Of a DNA stretch of 42,882 nt, positions 32,713-42,882 are shown one piece after another. This stretch comes from Gonapodya sp. JEL0774. Its lineage: Eukaryota. Position 1 is the first letter of the stretch; each line of letters opens with the position of its first letter. The DNA lies in contig JADIIX010000163.1 in NCBI GenBank assembly GCA_027604505.1, forward strand, positions 1 through 42,882. The letters are read 5' to 3'. Below the pieces are notes generated by a model. That model was not told the DNA's origin. It did not search any database and worked only from the letters and a program-made list of their open reading frames with translations. A program made the position numbers and the translations under genes.

Positions 32713-35700
32713 ATGAAGCTCACATATATCCATCAACTTTCTTCTGTGTTTGTACTCGTCCACGCATTCCACGTGGCGTGGGCCTCTCCCCAACCCCAAT
32801 CACAAGCTCCGATTGATTGCGGGAGCTTTATCGACGGCACCAAAGCGTCCTTGAATCTCACCGGACGAGCAGCCACTGATTGCTGTGCATACACTACCAG
32901 GAACGCTTCCGATTCCAATCAAGTCTACAATGCGGTCGAATGTACGAATGGAAGCATTACGGGAATTGCTTTGCATGGCATTCCAGTTTATTCTTTGAGC
33001 TTTGTACAGAACATGACGGCGCTCAAGACCTTGTAAGTCTCAAAACTGGTGTGAGTCATAGAATGAACCACTGTTGATCCACACTTATCAGGGTGCTGGA
33101 GTATGCGAATATTTCGGGAGCGTTGCCGTCTTGGCTCCCGAATCTCATAAATTTGCAATCTCTCGGACTCCTTGGAAACAACATGACAGGGACAGTCGAC
33201 ATTCTGGGCCAAATGAAGCTCGTCACATTGAGCTTGGAGGTGGCTTTGCTTTTCGGTCGCGAAATACTCATATGACAATCATATTCAGATCCCGTACATA
33301 TTTCTCCAGTCGAACCACCTTTCGGGCAACTTGAATTTTCTCTCCACTCAAACGCAGCTCCAAAATCTGTGAGTGCGGTGTTATCGTGTCGTGTCTCGAC
33401 TCTCACGTTTCACACACTCGTCTGTCCCAACAAACAGTTATATCGGGAACAACAACTTTGTAAGTCCATATCCATAAAGTTATTGGCTTTCATGCTTTCT
33501 ATCGAGTTGACGCTTGGGATGACTAGACTGGTCCCCTCCCCGACATCTCCCGTGTATCTAAACTACAATCGTTCGAGGTCTTCCAGAATTTTTTGACGGG
33601 ACCGATTCCAGCTTTGGCAAGCTTTCCAGATCTAACGGATTTTCAAATATGTGAGTGAGTTTTGTCCGCCAGACAAGCACAACTGATCACCTCCTCCCAA
33701 AAGGGGCAAACAACATCACCGGTTCCATACCGCCCTTGTCCTCAAATCCCAAGCTGACATCCTTTGTTGCAAATGATTTGCGCCTGACGGGGTTATTGCC
33801 TGAGGTTTCGTTCAATCCTCGCTTAGTGAACTTGTGAGTTCCATCAAAGAGTTCCCACCAGTGAACTCACGCTCCACGGCCTTTATTATCAGCATTGTAA
33901 CTCGAAACACCCTTTCCGGTCCAATTCCTGAATCATACTTTAACTTATCAGGATTAGAGCTGCTTGGGCTTGGCGGTGGGATCTCACTCGCTGGCGATTG
34001 GTTTTATTTCTCTCGGTGACGTACTCATCAACCACCAGCAAACAATTTTTCGGGGAATATATCACAGAACTTGGGAAAACAAAATACGATTGAGGGATTG
34101 GCGCTGTTCAAGAACCGATATCTTGGTGGCACTCTACCAGATCTTCGAAACCTGACGAATTTGGTGCAGTTTGATATCTCGAGTACCAATATTTCTGGAC
34201 CGATACTGCTTGCGTGAGTTTCCGGGTCCGCTTTGTAATGTGAAGTATCGTTCAACTCCGTTGATTCACAGCCCAAATCTCCCGCTGACGACGTGCGATG
34301 TGGGAGATTCTCTAGTTTGCATACCGGAGAGTTCCCTTACTTCTTTCCCGCAAGTGTGTCAAGAGTCTGCAAGGTCTCTGGGATCCTGTCCGATCGTCTC
34401 GGTACCTGAGCCATCTGCCACGACTTCATCGGTGAGGCCAAGTGGCGTGCGCGCACGAATTTCTGTACCCGAATTATTGAAAATCATTGATTCGCCGTGC
34501 CAGGACATGGTTTCTACTACGCCACCAACCGTGGGAACAACCACAAGCACCATCGTGCCCGCGGCTGGTGGCGGAGGAGGTGGTGGTGGAACAACGAATA
34601 TCGGTGCAATTGTCGGTGGCATCGTAGGTAGGCTTTCCGTTCATAAAGTTTTTCGAGTGATCTGTCTCAAACAGGGTTACGATCCAAGGAGGAGTTGCTC
34701 TTGTCGCACTGTTGACCGGATCAGTAATATTGCTGCTTCATCGCCGTACCGCGCGAGCCAAGAGAGAGCAAGAGGCACTGATGAGAACAAAGCTTGAAGG
34801 ATCGGACTTTGGACTCTTGGCTAGCACCACATTCGGAGGTGCGAGTTCCAGCTCGCAACTCGGCAGCACCAAAAGCCCACCACCGACACCCACCAGATCT
34901 GCAACGCTTTTTGGTTCTTCGAATTCGAACTTGTATTCATCGGAGGACACCCAGATGGGCACTCAAGAGACTTTGGATGATCCCTCGATACCATTAACAG
35001 CACTCAATGAAGCATATCTGGTGGTACAGCCATTCCATGCAACACTCACAGACGAAGTGAGTGCTTTTTGCAGTTCCAATAAAGTATTTCCTGACAAAGC
35101 TTTGTCTAGATGACTTGCATGCCAGGTCAGAGAGTTATCGTTAAGGTATGTGTCACGTGACTATCCGTTGGGCGTGTTATTACGAACGTTCACCTGACTT
35201 CATGCTATGCTGCTCAGCAACTGTTTTCTGATGGGGTAGGTTTTCATGCTCAGTGGAAGAATTTGGTGGCTGTTGGCTGATCTCAGTTGATCTCACACCA
35301 AATCGTGATTGGCAGTGGTGTCAGTCTTTCAATGTAAGTAACTAAGCCTTTCCTTGCAGGAACGCGATTTATTTTGAGCTCGATTCTTTATCCAAGATTG
35401 ATACAATCAGATCTGGTGAGGTCGAGATATGTTTTCGCACATCACGCCCAGCTTCACGCTGAATCATGTCGGACGTCAGGAGTTGTCCCGTTCGCAATCT
35501 TGATCCCTTTGAGCCAAGGACAATCGATACTGTCAAACCCTGGCACCATGGCAGGCGCATCAGGTACCTACCCAACATTAATGCCCAGGACAGAAAGTGT
35601 GAACTTTGCTAGTTTTGCGACCGACATGTCCTCAGAGGGGCGAATCGATGGAAGTAAGTGAGAAATAAATCACCCACCTGAGAAATGGTGTTTGACGTGT

Positions 35701-35909
35701 TTGTCTTTGCAGTTCTCGCAAACCTCGACGCTCTCCTTGCGAGTGGTCAGGTCAGCAGCTCCCAGTATCGTAACATTCTGGCCAACGTCAGTGTCAACGA
35801 ACCGGGTTTAACGGTGCGCGATGTTCCCAGAAGCGTCCCACTTGTGACCACGCCCGTGACTGATGTGCGGGGACCGAGTTTGGTGAGACTGGGGCAGGCA
35901 GGATACTAA
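32713..35909 (+). CDS. Single-pass receptor-like protein: signal peptide, plant-type LRRs, S/T stalk, TM helix, cytoplasmic SH3, SHOCT-like tail; many exons
   Basis: MKLTYIHQLSSVFVLVHAFHVAWAS; Cys cap (DCC...VECTNGSIT); repeats such as NISGALPSWLPNLINLQSL, NFLTGPIP, NNITGSIP, NTLSGPIPESYFNLSGLELL, YLGGTLPDLRNLTNLVQFDISSTNISGP; TM IGAIVGGIVGGVALVALLTGSVILLL-HRR; SH3 YLVVQPFHATLTDE|MTCMPGQRVIVK|QLFSDG|W...GVVP. Confidence 0.85.
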
Positions 35910-36117
35910 TATGTCGGTTGTGGATAGAGAAGGAAGTTTGAGAGGACGAACGAGAAAAGGCTTTCAATTTCGCTGAAACACTCAAATACAAATGTAATGC
36001 GTTGCAGAAAAAGAGTTGAAGAGATTGCAACTGCGATATCCACCAAAATCCGCGCCTTGATTACCAACCAAGAATCAAGAGATGCACAGTTTCGGCACTC
36101 CGCTCAGGCGACTACAC

Positions 36118-38510
36118 CTAGTTATGCTCGACACCTTTCTCCCAAGCCACATCACGCCGCCTCATCTCGTCAATTTCCTTCTCCCATCGGGGCCACATTT
36201 GATCCAAGTAGCTTTCTCTCCGTCTTTGCCCCTGTGATTCAACATCCCCACCAAACCCCGTGACTTCATGATCTACAGTCTGTCGAACACTGGTGTTCTC
36301 ATCAAAACCCACACCATCATCAAGATGTAACTTCCACCCGTTCTCCGCATACAATTCCCAGAACTCGTGATCAGGAACGTCCGCAGAGGAGTCAAGAACC
36401 CCCCGAGCCGTCGTCGCAGCTGCCTCACAGTTCCCGGAGCCACATCTCCCAGTCCCTGCGACGGAAGATATAATGGTCGCAGTGGCTACGGCGTTGGCGC
36501 GAGCTACGTTGGCATGGGTGTAGCCACCACCACCAAGAAAGAGCACTGGTATGTGGCGGTGGGTGCAGCACGGATGTTCAGGTTGTAGTTGCACCGCGTC
36601 CCCCTCCCTTTCCACATTATTCCCTTCATATACGCCCCAGCTCATCACCCTCTCCACAATATCCTTAAAACAGCTGGTCCCCAACCTCCACGATATCGCT
36701 GAACTCCCTCCCCTCCCGAAGGTCCCTCCACTCAAGTCCAACTCCACCGCGCCATCAATTCCATCTTTCCCGCTTAGAACCGTCGTATCCACAGCTCCTC
36801 TACACAGCAAGCCATCACCCCGCATCCCATCCGCCCCCATTACCACTACCACCGCATCTGGTGTGAACTCCTGCCGCGCTTTTTCAACACACCGGTCCCA
36901 AACGGAGACGATTGTACTGCTAGAGGCACCAGGAAGCAGGGGGAGGTTGATTGCACGGCGAATGGGATGGGATGAGGTACCAGTGGTTGGATAGAAGCCA
37001 GGGTGGGAGAGGTGTAGAGAGACCGTCAGGATAGAGGGGGAGTGCAGGAAGGCGGATTGCGTAGCTGGCGCAAGAGTTCAGCGGTGCCATTGTGGTGAGG
37101 CAGAGTCTCTTGACCATCGGTCGGTTTTATGATCACCCACCATCGCCGTGATGTATGTCCACATCCACAACCATGACACGATCGAATGTCTGGTTGAGCA
37201 CCGAAACAGCTAATACCACGTCGTTGACATAGCAAAAGCCTGCGGCTTGGTCTCTGGAGCCGTTGCGTTTAGTACGCGGAGGATTGGATGTGGCAAAAAC
37301 ATCTGAGAACAGTTTGAAGATTTCTTGGGAGTTCTCCATCCCACGACGCACAACACGGAATTGCTCATCATCTCATCACAAGCAATTTGCGTATTTTGGT
37401 CATCACTTTCCCAATTCGCACTCCCTGAAATCCCACCATTCAATCAATGCGCTGTCATCCGACACTTATCATCGTTCGTCAAAGCCCTCATGAGCCAAAT
37501 CAGCCCAGCTCACCTGCCTCCATGATGTCTGCCTCCATCCCACCACACGGCGACATCCGCCCTGCCTTCCGCGATCTCTTTAGCTGCTGTAATTGAACCA
37601 CCCGCAACATATTGTATGTAGGTCCAAAGGCCTGGAAAGGGTGGGGTGTCGCTATAGCAATGATGGAGGTGAGCGCCACTACTCCCATGATTTACAGCAT
37701 CACACAGGTGGTAGTTCATGACCATGTCGGGAACTCTTCCAAATCTACTCCTCACCTCACGAAAACCTCCTAAACCTCCTTTCAACTCACTAGTGAACAC
37801 CGTACTCCTCACACGCCTCGTCAAACTCCTTTCGTTCTCTTGCTGTCGGAGCCTTGACGGCCGGAGCATCGGAGCGCTTTAACTTTTTGGAAGGAGGCGC
37901 CGGCGCCAACAAGGCCGAAGGAGAAGTGAGGGGGAAAGGAAGGAAGCGATCTGACGCGAAGAGAAAATCTAAATATGGTTGTCTCAGTCGAGGCACTTGT
38001 GTGGTTGCAAAACGGACAGAGACAGGGGAGGTGGTTGTGCGCACCAACGTAGTCTGAGGAGTGGAATGTTTTCAGGTCGTCAGACGATGCCGGGATGGGG
38101 GCCACGACACTAAGGATCGTACTTTTCAGGTGGTGATGACTTGGCAAGGAATGAAACAGACACACCGCATGTGGTCTGTCAGACCGAGCGAACGGATGAG
38201 GGAGTGCACTACGAGAGACTTAAGGGAATGTGTAAGAGAGGGAAGAAGAGGGTTAAATCATTTGTTGCCAACAGTGCGACCATACAATCTTTGAGGCGAG
38301 TGAAGATGGGGGCAATTGCCGGAGCTCCGATGTTTTTCCACCAAATGGACTTACTCTGTTCTTATTCGCCGGGAGTAACGACGTTGCCCTGCAAGCTTCG
38401 TGCGAAAACAAGTAGGCAATGCGTGGAAAAGTGTCTGTTCCTGTAGCAGAGTCTGCAGCCTTTCCCAGTACGGACCCAGCAGATGGCGAGAATGTATCTG
38501 CGGTAGACAT
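36118..38510 (-). CDS. Class I histone deacetylase, HOS1/HDAC8-like; multi-exon
   Basis: RIAYLFS...LPANKNR|SLVVHSLI, TFHSSDY, DTPPFPGL, WDGGRHH, AAGFCYVND, VDVDIHHGD, TVSLH...GFYP.TG, INLPL, MGADGMRGD, LGGGGY, VPDHEFW. Catalytic and Zn-binding residues are intact. ATG at 38510. Confidence 0.9.
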
Positions 38511-39532
38511 TGGGCGTAATTGGACGGACAGATGGGCTGCAATGCGCGACGGTTCTCTCAAATCAATTCGGATTGTGACTTACAAGGCAATCGCTACCAA
38601 ACTGCCGGCAACCTCAACGAAAACTCAACAAGAAATGGGAACATGGGCTATTTTACAGTCCATACCTCCTGAGAAGATACATAAATTTTATAAGCTAATT
38701 AATCATCCAGGTCCGGAAAAGTTGAAATTCCAAACGTCCCCGGAATCACGGCTTGTGGACAATGGTACAACCAGCTTGGCCATTGAAGACAACTCGCAAG
38801 ATATCAGGGCGCGCGTAGTGCCCTCCAGGATCGGCAGCGGTCTTGGCGAAGAGGCAATCGGTGAGGTCGATTTCGGCGTAAAGAATGCACTGAGGAAACG
38901 GAAATCTCGTGGATAAAAGAGGTTGGGGGTATGATGAAAACGTTGTGACTTACCTCCTCATTCTCCGGCTTCACATCCGTGAGGAGAACACCAACTGGAT
39001 TGAGGATTCTCACGAACCCTCCTCCTTCTTTGCAAGAATGGTTTCCGGTCGGCAATGCCCTCTATGAAAATTTCGTCCACTCACTTCTGGGAAATTGTTT
39101 GTGAGGAAACGAGCACAAGCATTGTCCTGGGGTTGCTTGAGAGATGACAAACCGTTCTACAAGATTTGCTTACTTGATTTCCACCACAAATTGCTCACCT
39201 TCCACGGCCATACTACGAGCCATTATGGCGTTGGTTTCTCCACTGAAAGATGGACCCAAATTGAGCCCGAAGCAGGGCCAGTGCGAACGGTGAATCTGCG
39301 CTCTTTGGCAATGGAGAGGTTACTTGGAGAGCGGCTGCAGGTGCTCCCTGCTTGCAAATCGACAACGCGCATCATAAGATCATGACAACCAAAAACGCAA
39401 CGAGATCATGCGCACCAGCTTTTCACAACAATGTGAGAAAGACACATTAAGAGCCAACAACGCATCAGTGCGGTACACAGGCTCTTGACGGGCTAGGCGA
39501 CATGCAAGGTCTCACTTGAGGGGGTAGTAATG

Positions 39533-40138
39533 CCAGAATCGGTTCTAACAACTCCCAAATGCGAGCCATTTCCATCTCCAAAGACAGTTCGGTCCATGTG
39601 CGTTGGCTCGAGCTTTCTCCTTTGGAATTTATCATGTTTCACTGACGGGCTTGTTCCATTTGATTTTCTGCAATCAGTAACTTGCCTGTGCATCAGAATC
39701 TGACCGTCTGCTCCAATCAGGGTGTCCGAGATGTACAAGGAGCCGATGTGTCTCTCAGAGAATCCCGAAGTGACCATAATACCAGCCTCCCTAGCTGCTT
39801 TGCGAATCAAGGAAAACTCTGGACCATTTGTAGCCAGAGAATTCCAATGTAGCGTTTGTGGAAAGGAAACTGCTCGGCGACTTTCATCATCCAGATATAG
39901 TTCGGATACCCTGGGATCCATCTTTGTATGGCAGATGGGCAACATGAGAATCGCATATCAGCGACAATGAGGAAACAATAATCGCACACGTTTCAGGAAA
40001 TACAAGTAGCTTGGCTCCTCCTGCACCAGCATCCTTAGTTAACTGCCCAGTCTTTCGAACCCCAGCTTGTAGATTCAGCCAAGCAGGTTCTGCCTGAATC
40101 ACCGCGACCTTGAGCTTTGCAGATTGTGGAATGGGCAT
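39533..40138 (-). pseudogene. Nitrilase (aliphatic nitrilase/cyanide hydratase branch), frameshifted and 3'-truncated
   Basis: KVAVIQAEPAWLNL..GV.KT, LLVFPET|WIPGYP, then a frameshift at about 39845 into NSLATNGPE...GFSER...SLYI...HR|RKLEPTHMDRTVFGDG. No LxCWE catalytic-Cys motif was found downstream. Confidence 0.75.
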
Positions 40139-40685
40139 GATTCTTGAGATTGACGCGAGATGCAGACAAATTTGGGTGGGATGGAATCTTTCATCTGTTC
40201 GTTCGTTCACTTTTATTGAGCAGAGCGATCAGACCGAGCCACAATGAACAGCTCAAGAACAATCGGAACTTTGTTTGGCTGCTCCGGATCCCACCTGGTG
40301 CACTTGGTGGGTTGCGCGGGGTTCTGCTTTGGGTTTGCGGAAAGCATGCTTAGCGAACATTGCTTTACTTTGTGAATGTTGCGAACAATCATCGAGCGAT
40401 CCGCGGAGTGGGTGGTGGAGAATTATTGTTTTTAGACGAATTGAATCACCTCACGTACCGGAGAACGTGGCCGCAATCTTTGATTGAATCGACGGAACGT
40501 GGAGTGGAGCCAGCGGTGGGTCCACAGTATTGCAACATTAAAACTTACTCCAAGAGCGCTTTCTCAACATTCCAAGGCCCCTTGGATGTTCGGAAATCCA
40601 TCTTGATCCGAGCCATGTATGAGCAGTGGTCTTGGTCTCAACTTCATTTATTTTTGTGAACACATTCGGTGTCCCAATAACGTCA

Positions 40686-42296
40686 TCAGAGCTTTCCCTT
40701 CCCAACATCGTCTAGACTTAGTCCACGCTCCTTAAACACCTGTCAAAGGAATTCCGTAAGTTGACAAGATTGTTCACCTGAAAAAATAGTAAGGGACTCA
40801 CCGAAGCCATCACTTTAAGTCCGTTAAAGCACCTCGGGAACCCCACATCTGGTCATTGTGCAAAGTACATCCCCCCCCCCACACACACACACACAAAACG
40901 ATCAGCAAGGGCAAAGCAACAATGCTCTGCAGGAGATCACTTACATGGAACAAGGAACCAACCGATTGCAACGATTTCTCTCGCAGTGAGACCCACGTTC
41001 AGACCAGTATGAACATGGATTGCGACTTCCGGATCCACCCCTTGCGTAATCAATGAGCTGATGATGACCAAGCTACGCTCCGTTTTACCGAATCCAGGTC
41101 TGGCATAGATCCAGTCCCCAGTTTCTTCTTGGATATCTGAGGATACAAGAGCAAGTGGAGGTCACCGCAATCTGAACTGAAAGAAATCAACAATCACCAC
41201 GCATTGCCGGTGCAATTATTCGAGCATCCTTGGCAAATGATGGGCCACCTGGCATCGCTATCGGAACCAAATTTTATCATCTAATCATCTCAACACAACC
41301 ATCGAGGACGCACCCATTCCCTAGGGCAAAAGTAAACTTAGTATTCACGCTGTAGAGGATTGTAGAAGGGGGAAACTCACGACAGTAGCTCCTAATGCTT
41401 TCCCCATGTCTCTGTACTCCCTCATGATTACACGCCCAGGTTCCTGTAGTGGCTTAGCCCGGTTGAGCACTGTAGTGTCCCATCATTGGATGAACATGTA
41501 CATTTCATCTTCACTTTACCACATCACGCATTGCTCACCCGCTTGCTGAAGTCCAACTTCTTCAATGTTAATCTTACGGTCTTTGAAAACAGTCACGACT
41601 ACTTTGAGGGCGTTCTGACACACAACCGGTTGAAAGATTTGTCACCAGATTTCAAGAAAGCTAGACGTCTACCAATACGGATGGGAATCCGACATCTTGT
41701 GCAAGTTTTCGATTCAATTAACAACTACATCGGCTATCTAAGCCGCAAACGCAAACTTTACTCACATGGGATCAAATTGATGGGGATCGCAGCAATCTCT
41801 CGAGGTGAGACTCCAACATTCAATGCTGTGTGAATCTGCGCCAACTTACGGTTACCACGATATCGAGTGTCCATTGCGGTAGTACTCACATGTATCTCCA
41901 GCTCAGGCAACGCTCCTTGAGTGATGAGGGTTGAGAGGATCACAAACGGCCGTTGTTGAATGTTGAGCCCTGTGATCGCATAGGTCTTGCCAAGATAATT
42001 CACGAAAACTAGCGTAATGTCTCGATTGGCTAGAGCTTCAAAACTTCCAATTTGATGGACTCACTATCATCTAAGTCGGGAACCAGCTGAAAACATTCGT
42101 CAGCACTTTTGTTCCCGAGTTCCGAACTCGTACCACACAGTTCACCTTCTTGATCTAATCTTGATTTGTAAAATCTGTCTCTTATAGCATCGCATTGGCA
42201 ATCTTCACTCACATCTTTCGTGAACTCGGATACGCCAGCTGTCGCGAAACCGTTGGTGGCGCCTACTTTCTTCGCAGCCTCGCTGGTCATGGACAT
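40686..42296 (-). CDS. Tandem (two-domain) carboxymuconolactone decarboxylase/AhpD-fold protein; about 11-12 short exons
   Basis: Repeat 1: YLGKTYAITGLNIQQRPFVILSTLITQGALPELEIH|IHTALNVGVSPREI...LIP|YVGFPSVL|NALKV. Repeat 2: GDWIYARPGFGKTERSLVIISSLITQGVDPEVAIHVHTGLNVGLTAREI...LVP|YVGFPRCFNGLKVMAS|VFKERGLSLDDVGKGKL*. Largely missed by the ORF track. Confidence 0.82.
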
Positions 42297-42882
42297 CAGA
42301 TGCACACCAAAACCACCGGAAGTTATCGTCGACAAACCTGTAGACGCGCATTGCCGCTCGAGCTTCTTCGATGGTAGGTGGTGGCATGTCTATCGATCAA
42401 TCTATTGTCGTGGTTTGATTTTGTGCGGTTCGTTGTTCGGGCCGACGCCAAAACCACTCAAATCCACAATTTTTGCAATATCCAACAGTTGAAGTCAAAT
42501 CGCCTGAGTTATACCAGGATCGAATGGCTACCCAAAAGCTTGAATTCTGTTCTATTCAAGAAATATTTGGAGTTTCGACATATTTTTGTACAATTTACTC
42601 ATTTTGGGGGAAAGCATGGGGTATTGAAATAAATGGGTGAAACAGAATTCAGTTTTTGGGTGTTTGATCATGGTATAGTCGATGAACTGTTTTGCAGTCA
42701 TGAAGGGAGCGAGTGGTTCATATCTCTCGATTTCAGATTACTTGAGCATCGTAACATCCTCGAACGGAACCGACTATTGTTAGGTTTTGTTAAACGTATT
42801 TTCGTTTAACCCCTTCCCCCCTGAGCGTCACTTAAGTGAGGGTTGGAACCTCTTACTTTGACAATATTTTTCCAGCCTTGTA

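Noticed and set aside
38419..39385. Plus-strand ORFs (165 aa and 96 aa) between the HDAC and nitrilase genes
   Set aside because: No recognisable motif and no consistent spliced model; a decayed gene cannot be excluded.
40144..40659. Short plus-strand ORFs including a Walker-B-like LLFLDE
   Set aside because: Isolated motif without Walker A, lying in the CMD 3' region and nitrilase promoter.
41314..41320. 7-nt micro-exon (GGAATGG) in the CMD gene
   Set aside because: It has TAG and GT flanks, but including it puts the next exon (VAHHLPRMLEIIAPAMR) out of frame with the acceptors I can see; needs cDNA.
1699..42296. A single functional gene cluster or biosynthetic system spanning the window
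   Set aside because: The genes belong to unrelated pathways and there is no backbone synthase or shared theme; this looks like an ordinary gene-dense chromosome segment.

Overview
Eukaryotic, intron-rich genomic DNA with short GT-AG introns and two 10-N scaffold gaps. Gene content and style suggest an early-diverging (chytrid/monoblepharid-like) fungus; that assignment is inference. Reading through introns by hand gives a tRNA-Lys(CTT), 13 apparently intact genes and a broken nitrilase. In order: ICME-like alpha/beta hydrolase, SerA/PGDH-like protein, RAD5/HLTF-like SNF2-RING helicase, an unknown coiled-coil/beta-sandwich protein, an A/B-type cyclin, a bacterial-type HD-domain protein, a GH31 glycosidase, an AFG1/LACE1 ATPase, a GCN4/CPC-1-like bZIP factor, a METTL21-like methyltransferase, an LRR-TM-SH3 receptor-like protein, a HOS1/HDAC8-like deacetylase, a frameshifted nitrilase and a tandem CMD/AhpD-fold protein. 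Main observations: (1) the PGDH-like protein has lost all three catalytic residues but keeps its NAD-binding and serine-sensing ACT motifs, so it is a candidate pseudoenzyme or serine sensor; (2) a single-pass receptor joins plant-type LRRs to a cytoplasmic SH3 and a SHOCT-like tail; (3) a bacterial-like diiron HD protein carries six introns; (4) the bZIP leader has uORFs and an AUG-less open reading frame resembling cpc-1; (5) several long introns have G-rich 5' halves and C-rich 3' halves. Exon boundaries and family assignments come from manual reading and remembered motifs, not database searches.
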